A stretch of DNA of 64,000 nucleotides from contig MU058584.1 in NCBI GenBank assembly GCA_013265495.1, forward strand, positions 7,840,407-7,904,406. Direction: 5' to 3'. Made by a program: the position numbers and the translations under genes. Of this stretch, positions 38,153 to 49,915 are shown in pieces. The notes beneath the pieces are model-generated. The model saw only the letters and a program-made list of their open reading frames with translations, was not told the DNA's origin and did no database searches. Positions within the stretch are counted from its first letter, which is position 1. Every line of letters starts with the position of its first letter. Source of the DNA: Vicugna vicugna (Eukaryota).

Positions 38153-39184
38153 GAGTAGGCCTCTCTCTGCCACTCTCCCTCCTCTTTGGAGACGGCCCGC
38201 ACTCTGTCTATGGCATGTGTACCTACTTTTACTCTAGTCTGAGCACCCAACCCCCACACCCCACAGCCTTTCTCTTGCCTTTTGAAACAGCCTACACTAT
38301 ACAGTGTGTACGTCTCTAAATAAATCTGCCTTTACTCAACTGTGGCTCACTCTTGAATTCTTCCCTGCGCGAAGCCAAGGACCCACATTTGGCAGGGTGC
38401 ATCCCAGGGGCTCAGCCGAGGCCTGGGACACGGTCCTCCTCACGCCCCACGTGGGTGTTTCCCGCATCAATGCTAATTATTGTCTTAATTTGTTCTTTGT
38501 TTCTAAATTGTTATGCTTTGTATGACTTTGTTAATGTTACTAACTGTATTACTTACTCTATTTTATAAGATTGTTGTCGCTTACATTTCCCAGTGTGTAA
38601 CTAGGCCTCTACCAAGATGGCTAAACATCTTGAAAAAAATAGATCACACTATAACCCTGCATAGAATAATTGTAATAGTGTGATTCTAGGTATGGGAATG
38701 AGCAATGAGGGGAAAACATTTCCTGGATCATAATAGTACGACTGGTGATCCAGAGTTTTTAGTTATCAACAGGGCCTGATCCAAAAATTGACACTTTGAG
38801 TGGCATGTCAGCAGAATCTTCACCTGACCTAGGAATGAGCCTTCCTAGCGCCATGGGACAAAATTGGTCATGAAATGTCTCTCAAAATATTGATTGAATT
38901 TAGGACCAAGGGGGAGCAATGTGAATGAAAAATCCTGCAAATCATATCAGTAAACAAAGAATGCGGAAGCCATCAAGTCATCAGCCAGCTGCTACCACCC
39001 CCCACAGGGAAGATGAGCCTGCAGCCCAGCCTCTGCAGCCACTCACAGTGGTGCACCCTGAGGGGACTCAGAATGAGAAAGGATGGGACTCTGGCCCTGG
39101 ATAACTAGGTGCTTGTCAAAGGAATGATTTCAATGAGCCCAAATGTTTGCTTCTTACCATGCATAGAAAGAAAAAAAAAAAAAA
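38153..39184 (+). mobile_element. Polyadenylated ERV1-derived insertion: R-U5, env-like remnant, PPT, partial U3, poly-A
   Basis: LTR 3' half with aataaa ending catca (38469); hydrophobic env-TM-like frame from 38507; PPT aagggggagcaa followed by TG at 38920; A tail 39167-39184. Confidence 0.75.
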
Positions 39185-39478
39185 GAAAACAACTACAATA
39201 GTATTTGGCTCATAATAGGTATTTAGGTGTTAGTTATTTAGCACTCTCTAAATCCATATTCAGAAGTGGCAGGTAAGTAAAGAGTTTTAATTGAGTAATA
39301 TTTACAAAATGGAAAGGTAATGACGGTATCTGTACAGAACATCGCAGTATTATGCTGTCAGTAGTACTTACTTTCCACCAGGAGGTGGCGTGCTCCTCCA
39401 TGAGCTCAGCTCTCTAGATGTTTGATTGGGTAACTATCAGAGGTCTAATTCCTACCCTTTCTTCCACTTGTGTTATAG

Positions 39479-39922
39479 AAGAAACGCTGCAAGTACAAAA
39501 CTGAAAAAGTTGAGACCATAAAGCCAGCAGATCCATTGCACCCTATCGCCAACGGAGACATAAAAGGAAGAAAGCCTTTTACGAACCAGAGAGATTTTTC
39601 TAATATGGGAGAAGTTTATCACTCTTCATACAAGGGTCCTCCATCTGAAGGAAGCTCAGAAACTTCATCCCAGTCAGAGGAGTCATATTTTTGTGGCATT
39701 TCAGCTTGCACAAGTCTGTGCAACGGACAGTCCCAGAAGACAAAAACTGAAAAGAGGGCTTTGAAACGAAGGCGATCCAAAGTCCAAGACCAAGGGAAAC
39801 TGCTAAAAACCCTGATACAGACTAAGTCAGGATCATTGCCGAGCCTGCACGACATAATCAAAGGAAACAAGGAGCTCACGGTGGGGACGTTCGGTGTCAC
39901 GGCGGTCTCGGGACAGATCTGA
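39479..39922 (+). CDS. SUCO: SUCO last coding exon, to TGA stop
   Basis: gttatag acceptor, phase 0; [27 protein letters not shown]...[14 protein letters not shown]; in frame with ORF 39536..39922. Confidence 0.97.
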   Translation, partial: KKRCKYKTEKVETIKPADPLHPIANGDIKGRKPFTNQRDFSNMGEVYHSSYKGPPSEGSSETSSQSEESYFCGISACTSLCNGQSQKTKTEKRALKRRRSKVQDQGKLLKTLIQTKSGSLPSLHDIIKGNKELTVGTFGVTAVSGQI

Positions 39923-41510
39923 GGTTAATCGGACTTTTCCTCCTCGAGACTTTTGTTGTTGTTCTTTGAAGAACATTCTGTGGTATTTGAAGGGTTTGGG
40001 GGAGGGAGAAAACATTAATGGGAAAAGTATTCAGAAATTATGGTTTCTGCCTTTTTAAAAAGTAGGTGGGATTATGTCAATCTTGGTCAATAAGCTGCAG
40101 TTTCACAAGGCTGATCACTTCCTACAAGGACAATGGTAGACATTTTATAAAGATGTTTTTTCACAGATTAATTACTGGGACAAAAGTAACTTGGAAGCCC
40201 AGTTCCTTGGGTGGGATAGGAATGAAAGACTAAACCTCTTCCTTTAGCTTTGTTCCTATTTCTTGCACCTTCCCATATTTATGTGCCTTTTGTCTATTTA
40301 TAATGCCACTGGAAGAGGAGGGAGAACTTTTTCTGTCATTTGATTTCTTTTGTAACTTTGTTAGTTATTTGAAGCTGCAAACACTACAAGGCTTTACGGT
40401 GATCTGCGCCTGGAGTTCAGTAATGTGGGTCAGACAGTGTGAGGATCCTGAAGACTTGCCAACTAGACCTCTGTTTAGCAAACTCACTTGAAATCAACAC
40501 TTGCTGGAATTTTTAAGACTATTCGTTTAGGTAAACGGTGATATTGCTAATGTTATTTTCCTTTAATTTAGTCACACTAGCTCTCTTTAGTTCCTAACTC
40601 AAAGAAAAAACTACAAGATCTTTTCTTGGAAATGACTGGTATTTGCAAATTTTTTTTTTTTTAATAAATTCACCTTTTAAACACACTTAGCCACTTGTAA
40701 AGGTTGTCTTCGGCTACATTACATTTTAAACATTCACAGTAAGCACTAATCCTCCCAACTTTCTGACCCTTGTTTTCTCTTACTACAATGGAAAATCTGA
40801 AGGTTGGGCAGATGAGTGCAGGTCTCACATGATGCAAGCACTGCCTGTGCACACCACCAGCTCGTGAGTTTGTCAAGCCTTGTCTAAGTGGGCGAGCCTG
40901 AAGGGGTTCCTATTCCTTGATGTTTGCTTTGTTTTGGCTACAAATGTGCAGAGATACACATGTGTGATGTCAGTGTCTTTGTCCTCATTTTGTCCTTTTT
41001 TTCCCCTTTAAAAATTGGCAGCGACTCTATTTGAATCCAGTGATTTCTAAGTATGTGTCTGTACAGTAATGAGTGAAAGTGGAAAGTTTCTTTTTGAAAG
41101 GGAGAGATTTGACTGTTCTGTGTTGTAAGGTTTAAGTTATAACTTATTGAGCACTTTTAGTAATAACTTTTTAAATTTGTCTGATACCTTTCTGGGGGTA
41201 TTGTTTGTAATGTGACTTATTTAAAGCCTCTTTTGTTTGTTTAAGTTGCTGCTTTAGGTTAACAGTATGTGTTAGGTGATTAAATTTTTTTTCCAGTCTG
41301 TACAATTAGCCATTCAGAGTAAGAGGGCCTGATTGTATAGAAACTCATTGAAAAGAGGTCCAGGTGAGAGCAGAGGCAGAGCGGGAAGTACACCGTGTGT
41401 GTGCGGCATCCGGTGTCGTGGAAAGAAGACTTTCAATATGTAACTACGGAGCTGTAGTGCCATTAGAAACTGTGAATTTCCAAATAAATCCGAACACTCG
41501 TCTTTATTAA
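39923..41510 (+). other. SUCO: SUCO 3' UTR (end approximate)
   Basis: AU-rich sequence without recognisable repeats between the stop codon and AATAAA at 41483. Confidence 0.8.
41483..41488 (+). terminator. SUCO: Probable main SUCO polyadenylation signal AATAAA
   Basis: AATAAA followed about 35 nt later by T/GT-rich ttctggttttattcttt; a proximal AATAAA lies at 40663-40668. Confidence 0.75.
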
Positions 41511-42517
41511 TTACTGGCTATTCTGGTTTATTCTTTGAAGGAGAACTTACAGACTTGTTATCTTGAGCATAGATTCAGTTTTTGCCACTTTAAAATTAAA
41601 TACAGCAGCATCCCGTTAAATAAGTGATCCTATTTCAACCAGCTACAAACTGAACTTTCATATAAGCATTTTGTTCCCTGTACAGTCATAATTTCACCAT
41701 TTCAAACACTGAAATGAGAGTGTTGAGTCTTTAGGAGACTACACATAAATATGCTTTTCTTTTATTAGATGCCATCTTTAAGATTGCTAATTTTTAATTT
41801 TTTTCTGGATCTAAAATATGGCATAACATTTTACAATTTGGGGTTTATTTTTCCTCTGAGATTATACTTAGATGAGGGAAAAAAGTGAAAATTCTTGCCA
41901 TTAGTAGCTTTGTACCTGTTGAGGAGCAAAGCTGTGTCTATACCTGGTAGGCTTTCAGTGTTCCTTAATAGCCTCTTTTATTTCTTCTAATATTAAGTCA
42001 AGCATTAAAACAGTATGAAAAAGAAACAGGAATCCGTAAGAGCAAGGATACAAAGTAAAGCAGTTCTTTTAACTGGAGTTTTTTAAATATCGAAAATATT
42101 TTTATCATATATAAAAATTATAGATGTATATATAAGCTGAGGAATGAAATAGTTTTATAAAGTAAGGCTTGTTTATGCAGAAGACAGCGGTCCTCTGTTT
42201 GCTGCCACTACACCCCCTGCCATCACCTTTCCCCATCAAGGATTTCTTGCTCCCCAGCAGCAACCGTTTTCAACTCTTATCTCTAGTAACTGTGCTCACT
42301 TTGCCACTTACTGATTTACCAGTTTTTGATGTGTCCCCGATTTGAATATATAAACGTGTTGGCATGAATACCAAATAGACATAAACTTACATTTGTTAAC
42401 CTAGTTGAACAAGTTTAAGATCACAGTATGATAAGCAGCATGTCTACTCAGAAATACGCTTTTTTAAACTCTACCTTTCATAGAACAAAGCTACTTAAAA
42501 ACCTCATGCTTTTCCCC

Positions 42518-42910
42518 AACTTTTTAATTTGAAAATTTTCAAATCCATAGGAAACACTCATATATATACCTTTACCCAGACTCAGTGGTTAATCTCTGTA
42601 GCTTTCTTTTTTGTATCTACATACACACATATTAAATGTTTCTTGGGTAAACCATTTGAAAGTTAAGACATCATGCCCTTAACCCCTAAATACTTAAGCA
42701 TTTGTGTTTTCTGAAAATAAGGATGTTCACCTACATGCCCATAATACTAGTATCTCACCTGAGAAAGTTAATTCCCTAATAGCTAATACACACTCCGTGG
42801 CCAGCTCTCTCCAGTTGTCCTCACGCACACTCTTTCCTTTTTTTCCCCCCAAGAGGCCGTCAAGTTTCCTTTGGTTTTATTATCTATTTGTGTCTTTTAA
42901 AATTTACTGA
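42518..42910 (-). mobile_element. L1ME-like 3' end
   Basis: aactttttaatttgaaaattttcaaa; gacatcatgcccttaacccctaaatactt. Confidence 0.7.
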
Positions 42911-43419
42911 TTGTTTTATGACTTTGCATGTCTTCCTTATGTAAGGGCCATATTTACTTTCTCTGATTCATTCCAGTTTTAGTGTCTAGGCTACCAAAGC
43001 GGGTACTAAGAGCTTTTCTAGTAATTTATTGATACTGTCACTATAGATTTTATCCCGACCCACAAAGTTGTGATTAAGGCATTAAAAAAATGAAGACATT
43101 TAAAAGTATCCCATGGAGCATGTATTTATAACCTCTGCATTATACTCCACTTAGTCTGTTACTTTCAAATTAATCTTTAGAATATTTGTTTACAACAAGG
43201 TTAATCATTAGCATTTGTAAGGTTATGTACCCGAATCTACCCACTTTGTGTTCTATTTTTTTTTTGACAAATCAGATACTGAAACCCAAATACCTTCTGT
43301 TATAAACCTTGTAAAATGAGTTTATTTGAACAAAAATAAACATTTGTGATTTTTTTAAGTTTAAGTTTTATACCAACTGGTTGGAAATAGTTCCCCACAT
43401 AGGTGGTGTACCACATGCA

Positions 43420-43650
43420 ACTTAGGAGCAGGTATTTTCAAGTCACACTGCCTAGTTTCATGTTTGTTCTCCATTGCTTACTGAGTGTAGCATTAGACAA
43501 ATCACAATCAGTCTCATTAAGCATCAGATTTCTCACCTGTAAATGGGCAGCACAGCACCTCCACACGATTGTTGTGAGGATCAGTCATGCTTACACATGT
43601 GCAGCTACCATGTGCCTAGCATATAGCGCGCACAAAGTTAGCTGCTAACG
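43420..43650 (+). mobile_element. MIR SINE
   Basis: catcagatttctcacctgtaaatggg...ttgttgtgaggat...gtgcctagcatatag. Confidence 0.75.
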
Positions 43651-44023
43651 CTTGGATGTTCAGAGTTAGATCCCATCCCTAGTCTCTGAACATCAACCAG
43701 CAGGTGTCAGACTCCCATCTCTAGCCTCAGACTACGACCACCATCCACCAGCAAGTTTAGCAGGGAGCTTTGAGCCCAATGTGCTCTAAGATCCCCCCTC
43801 ATGCTGCCATCACAAGGGTCACTAAGTCACACCAGAACTGCAGGGCTCCTGGAAAGATCTTGCTACCCCTTGAGATAAGGCCTTGCCACTACTTTAGAAC
43901 TCAAAACCATTAACGCATCGATTGCCACGTCACCCAAATCTGGGTGACAGTTGTGTGTCCTCAGGGGCCCTGTCACACGGATATATGGGTGATGCTTTCC
44001 TTCATCAAATTATGCAGGTTTTT

Positions 44024-44314
44024 TTTATTAATTAATTAATTAAACACCTTTATTGTGGTATAATATCTGTGCAGTAAACTACACATATTTCAGGTGTAAA
44101 ATTTGATGAATTTTGATAGATATTGGGGTCGCTGTCATTCTAATACTGCTTCTGTCATAATCCTTGATGATGTCATTGTCTACCTGACATTATTTTTTCT
44201 AGTTTCTCAGTTCCTCACCATCTTTCCCCAAAGATCTTTTTCTCCAGCCCGTATCAGCCATTTACTTCCATGATTAAATCCTAGCACTTGTCATTACCAG
44301 TATCTATAACTCTT
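44024..44314 (-). mobile_element. Composite TSD-flanked insertion: polyadenylated old-L1 end plus templated local DNA
   Basis: Perfect 17-bp TSD aaattatgcaggttttt at 44007-44023 and 44315-44331. Confidence 0.85.
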
Positions 44315-45303
44315 AAATTATGCAGGTTTTTACAAGTAATTTGCAACAGTTTTCATTTGTAATGCAAGTATTTAATAGTAACAATATATGAGTATATATG
44401 CAGATAGATAAAAATGTTTTCTTTTGAACAAGATTATATAAAATTGTGTCACTTTCTTATATTCGCTGAAACAATTTATACAAAGCTGCAGAGTTCTGGG
44501 ACAGCTAGGACAGTATGTTCCTGTCTTTTATGCATTTTTCTCTAGCTCTTGTCTTGAGAATAAGACATGTTTTTTTTTTTTTTAAACAATTCCAAATACA
44601 TTGGCAAAACAGATTGATTATAAGCACATATACTGCTAGTGTGTCACGCTGCAGTGAGGTGTAAATTTGGGCGCCGCAGGAAACATACCCGATCCACACG
44701 GGGCCATCAACGTGTTAAGGCAAATTTCAGAAGCCTTTGATTCCCATTAATTGTCTCACCACAAGAAGCCCCATATGGCTCTTCACTTCCTTCTTGTGGA
44801 CCCATATTCCTTCACCAACTGCTGAAACACATCCCCTGTGCCTTCTGGAATTCAAAATCAATCATTAGCAAAATTTCCTAACCCTAACTTCTCTTAAAGT
44901 TCTCTTCACCTCCTTGTTCTAGTTGAAACTACTGGCCTGGAATCCTGTTCAGGTTGCTTTTCTTCTTCTAAATGCCTCCCACCCCTAAGACCTGGAGACA
45001 GACTAGATGGCCTCCTTCATCTTCAGTGCCCTAAAATGCCTCACATTCTATCACTGTTTCTCCTTGCTGCAAATGAACTCCTTTTTTCTCACCCTCTCAT
45101 CTTTGTTCTTGGGGTCGCTGTCATTCTAATACTGCTTCTGTCATAATCCTTGATGATGTCATTGTCTACCTGACATTATTTTTTCTAGTTTCTCAGTTCC
45201 TCACCATCTTTCCCCAAAGATCTTTTTCTCCAGCCCGTATCAGCCATTTACTTCCATGATTAAATCCTAGCACTTGTCATTACCAGTATCTATAACTCTT
45301 AAA
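44123..45303 (+). repeat. Dispersed direct repeat, 195 bp, identical copies (44123-44317 and 45109-45303)
   Basis: Base-by-base comparison found no differences. Confidence 0.97.
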
Positions 45304-46835
45304 ACCAATTTCAACCATCCAACTCTGAATATCCCCTTCAATTTTTCTAGCTCATGACCCCTCACACCCTAATTCTAGCAATTCTTTGACCTCACCAAAT
45401 TCTGCAGTCCATTGGTCTTAACCTTTTTGCACTATCCCTTATTCCCTTGAAGTCTTTACTCCTCTTCTTATCCAGCGTGAATTCTATGGTCAATCCTTGT
45501 CAACGAAAAACTTAAGCAGTCAATAGAAAAAAACAAAATTTACTCAAGCAAAATTAAGGATTATAACCTGGGAACAGCCTCTCAAACCTCTGAGAACTCT
45601 TCCTCCCATTAGAGATCAAACCATAGATATATTAGGTTTTGAGACAGAGGGCTGTACATTACATGATGCATTATTGACAGTCTGCACTGTCTGGATCTGT
45701 AAGTACAAAGTGGTAGGTCATCGTGGCCCCAGACAAGATCAGGAAGGAATGTTATCTTTTACGGAGTTGTCTCGAAGCTAGAAGAATGTTACTCTTTTTG
45801 GCTAAGCAGGTATTTCTCCCGATGGGGGTGATTTGGTTGAGGCATGATGCACATACATAGTGCACGGTGGAAGGCAGAGAGCATGCCAAAGGGCAGAGAA
45901 AATGTTTTTATATTTAAATTTTCCTTGACTTGCCTTAGAATTTATTTCATCACCTTAATGGTGATGCAAAAAATGCATCAGGAGTAATCCTTCGCAGACA
46001 CCTTCAAATTGCTTGCTCCTCTCTTGCTCCAATGCACCAGTTCGGCAAAAGCACACGACTGGGTAAATCCAATGTCCTGCCTACTGCACGCGGGCATCCA
46101 CCAGCTGCTGCGGGCGGGGGAGAATCCCCGTGGTTGTTCTCACGCCCAGTCACCGTCACTGATTTCAAGTGGCTCCCACGACACCGCTGGCATTCAGAAT
46201 ACATTTTCCTAATCCTTCTGTTGATTCTCCTGGTCTATTTCAAACTTTCTCTTAAAAACGCCATCTCATGTCCTAACTCTTAGCTGATGACCTTCCTATT
46301 TCACTGAGAGTATAGAGAGGTAGTCAAAGCCTGTGTTACAGCCTCGCCACTGCCGGTCTCAGTCAGTGTGCCCATGATCCGCCCTTCCACCTGCTGCTTT
46401 GAATGAACTGTGTTCCTTAAAGCCAACGCTCTACTGACAGCTTAAATTAGGCATGAAATCCAGTCTTTCTGAAGACATTGCTTCATTTTTTTCTCTCTCA
46501 TGCCATTTTCCCCGTTCAGATAACTTACTCTCAACAGCAAGCTAATAGACTGTTACTTCTTTTTGTTACAGACTCTCTTGTCCTCAATTCTCCCTCCAGC
46601 TACTGCCTATTTCTCTGTTCCATATTACAGCAAAACTCCTCGAAAGAGCTGCACCTACCCTCACCATCATCAATTTCTCCCTGTTCTTTTTGAACTTAGC
46701 TCCAATTAGACCTCACTGCTCTATTGAAACTGCCCTTGTCGGGAGCATCAGTGGATCACATGTTGCTAAAACCAAATGAGTAATTCTCAGTTCTCATCTT
46801 ACTTGACCATCAGCAGCATTTAACTCAGTCGATCA
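44830..46835 (+). mobile_element. L2 LINE relic interrupted by an LTR
   Basis: L2-like ttctcagttctcatcttacttgaccatcagcagcattt and tagctgatgacctt...tttcactgag. Confidence 0.75.
45498..45952 (-). mobile_element. Solo ERV1-type LTR
   Basis: TG...CA termini (tgtcaac...ttcatca); resembles cetartiodactyl LTR families; inserted in L2. Confidence 0.75.
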
Positions 46836-46839
46836 TTAT

Positions 46840-47066
46840 GTTACTGCTACATAGTGTAGGCAACTACTATGTTCCAGATCTTGTAATTACCTATAACGGA
46901 AAAGAATCTGAAAAAGAATATATATATATTCTTTTTATTTATTTATATATATATATATAATATATATATATATATAAAACTGAATCACTTTGCTGTACAC
47001 CTGCAACTAACACAAAATTGTAACATTGTAAATCAACTATACTTCAATTAAAAAAAAAGAAAAAAG
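46840..47066 (+). mobile_element. 5'-truncated cetartiodactyl L1 3' end with internal (TA)n
   Basis: ggaaaagaatctgaaaaagaata...actgaatcactttgctgtacacctg...caactatacttcaattaaaaaa. Confidence 0.85.
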
Positions 47067-49426
47067 AATATATAAGTCCTTCTTTCAAAGAAGTGTTTTC
47101 TTCAATGGGGTTGTGTAAGGGTTTTGTGGACATTAACAGAGGGAACGCCCCAGACCTTAACCTTAAGGGGCCAGGAAGTAGACACAGTCCAATTCTAAGA
47201 ACCAGGCAGCAGTGAGGAGAAACCAACAGTATTTATATCACTTGTAAAGAAATGTCTGCTCTCCCCAGGGGCAGGCAATCAAAATTCTTATTTATTGAGG
47301 TTTATGGAACTTTAAAGAGGCAGTACAAAAATGACTCAAAATCCCCACATGAAAAAGAATATTGACTTGAGGGAGCATGAGATGCTAATGCAGATCACAT
47401 CAAAGAGGCTGTGCTTACAAAGAACGAGGCTAGCACAGCCGAGAGAGGAAACTGTGGCTCTCCTTCCCCACCAAGCCTCTGACCTCCCCCTGCAGCCCCA
47501 GAACCCCTTTCACGTGCACTGCTTGGGCACCACTCGGGGTTTGTTACCTCTGATCTGCATGTTTCTACGAATCCCAGAGCGACCACGTTATCAAAGTCCT
47601 TCAGAAATAACTTAAGTACCTATCACAGGGCCAGAGTGCCTGCCCCAGGTTAGCTCTGGCCGTTGCTGTTTGCCTAATTATAGCTGTAACAAGTAACACT
47701 GGGCAGCGTAGTGTGTATACTCATTTATTTTTCAGTAGAGCACAGATCAGTTTAGAGCCATCTCTGCCAGCTATTTGATTGTTACAATAGATAAGCCTCT
47801 TCTGTGTTATCAGGAGTGAGAGTCTGAGCCTGGTGCTTTAGTCAATCCTGTGATGGCTGGCAACTGACTCACAGACCGTTATTTAAACAGCAAAGAAATC
47901 ATCAGTTCATTTGTCTTTGAGAAGTGGCCATGGGTTGGTATTTCCATTCTGCAATATTCACGCAAGAGGAGCCACATAACTAATGATCTATTAAATGAAA
48001 TTTAGGGAAATGATTTGCCCTCAAGGTCTCCAAAGAACATTAATTGCTAATACACTGCATATTTCCTAGATGGGGAATTGCAGGTACACAAACTTCACGT
48101 GGTAACTAGGTAAACTAATTTCCCCCAAACCTGTAACCTGCAGGCTTTCATCACAGGTTTTACAGGTCTAGGGCTCTCGCTGTGGAATCCAGTAGCTTAA
48201 CTGATTTATTACCATTAGATCAAAAAGGACCCAACAGAGGAATCTTTATTGCCTGACCCATTCCAAAACTTTTCTGAGCAGCACAGCTCCCAGTGCTTTA
48301 AGATCTTCATAATCCAAGAATACATTCTCCTAATGCAGAGCCGCTGGGAAGTGCCCAGCAGACCCAGTCCAGGTGCCACTGGGCTTTGCCAAGTCGTCTT
48401 GTTTTCTCTCATGGCGTGGCCGAAGAAAAAGAAAGTCAGGGCTACCTGGCCTCCTGGCCTTTGCTGGACCTGCTCCCACCTCCCGTGGGCACAGCTCCGA
48501 CAAGTCCACGTGGGCATCACACGCACGCACACTCACACTCTTCCTTTGTGCACGTTCGTAGGAAACAAACCTCGTAACTTCCAGACAAAGGCTGCCTAAG
48601 TACACATTTAGAAAAAGATGTTCTAACCATCTCTCCACGTAACCTTCTATTCTAACAGTTGATCAATAATATAATGACAACAACTTTCTTAGATGTCCGT
48701 GTCTCCTCTCTGTCACTAGAACTGTGGGGTTTCTGAGACTGAAGTCAGAATAGTGCCAAAAAATATGCCTAGTTCAGCTAAAGTCTTAACTGACGTATGT
48801 CTAAGATCTCCGCCTGAAACATCTTCCTTGGGGTTACCCTGCAATGATGAAGCTTCCCCAGGAACAAATGCAGAGGCGTCCAGCAAGGCTGTTTTAACAC
48901 AGTCCCTAATCTTAGTATCTCATAGTCTAGTCAACAGGGTAGACAATGGATGCAAACAAACGACCACCAATATAAATATAACATCACGCTAAGTGCTCTT
49001 GTAGTGCTGTGGTGAAACGCTGTAGGAACAGGGACAGTGCACTGCTGCCTGGGCAGCAGATTTCAGAGGGAAATTGCACCGTCTTTCAGGCCGTGTCTTG
49101 AAGAATGAGTAGGAGTTTGCCAGGCAACGGAAGCAGTGGTGATGGACGTTGTAGGGGAAGGGTGGGAGTTAGGACTGGGCATCAGGAGGGCATTTCATTC
49201 AGCAAAAGCCCGAAAAAGCCCAGAGGCATAAAGTGCAATGAGCTGGTCACTAACCAGGTGGATTTCGATTTCTCTTCCCGGGCAAAGATCATCAGAGTCT
49301 TACCTCTCCTGTTGGTTTTCTTTCATCATATGAAGATGCCATGACTGAACCACTGTCATGAGCTTTTCTGCTCATGGAGAGTAATTAGCAGTGAGGGACC
49401 TCCGAATACTGCCTTTTCCCTCTTGT

Positions 49427-49915
49427 TGTTACCAAACCAAACTCAGATCCACTTGTCCCTGCGCAGTACAGCCAATCTACTGACACCGAGCTGTGGTGAG
49501 GGAAAGTGCAGCATTTACCGCAGGGCACCAAGAGACGAGTTCAGGACAGCTAGGGCTCCAAAAGCGTGAACCACTTGATGGGTTTCAGCAAGGCATGTTT
49601 AAAGGCACAGCGAGGTAGGGGCGTCCCAGGTATGTGGTCAGCTCGTGCACAGCCCTCTGATTGGTGGTAGGTAACAGGGCGGTGTCACAGGGGTTAACAT
49701 TAGCAATCCTTCGGCTCCAGAAGGTCTGGGGGCCATGTACTCATGATCATCAAGTAGTTAATGTTTTCCACTTGGTGGTGGCTTCAGTATCTGTAAAACA
49801 ACTCAGGAAATATGCATGAGATATTATCATGTAGGTACTTGAGAGAGGAGCTCCAGCAGAGGATACAGGGGAGGGGTCTGTCCTGGAAGGCCCTGTAGGG
49901 TCCTGCTGGGTTCCA
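49427..49915 (-). mobile_element. Solo ERV1-type LTR, 489 bp
   Basis: TG...CA termini with perfect 4-bp TSD ttgt at 49423-49426 and 49916-49919. Confidence 0.88.

Noticed and set aside
39619..39900. 93-aa minus-strand ORF
   Set aside because: Antisense shadow of the SUCO last exon
43929..44799. Short hairpins gtcaccca-aatc-tgggtgac and ccacaagaag...cttcttgtgg
   Set aside because: Stems of 8-10 bp are too short for a pre-miRNA and expected by chance
47110..47850. Possible degraded LTR
   Set aside because: Could not define termini, TSD or family
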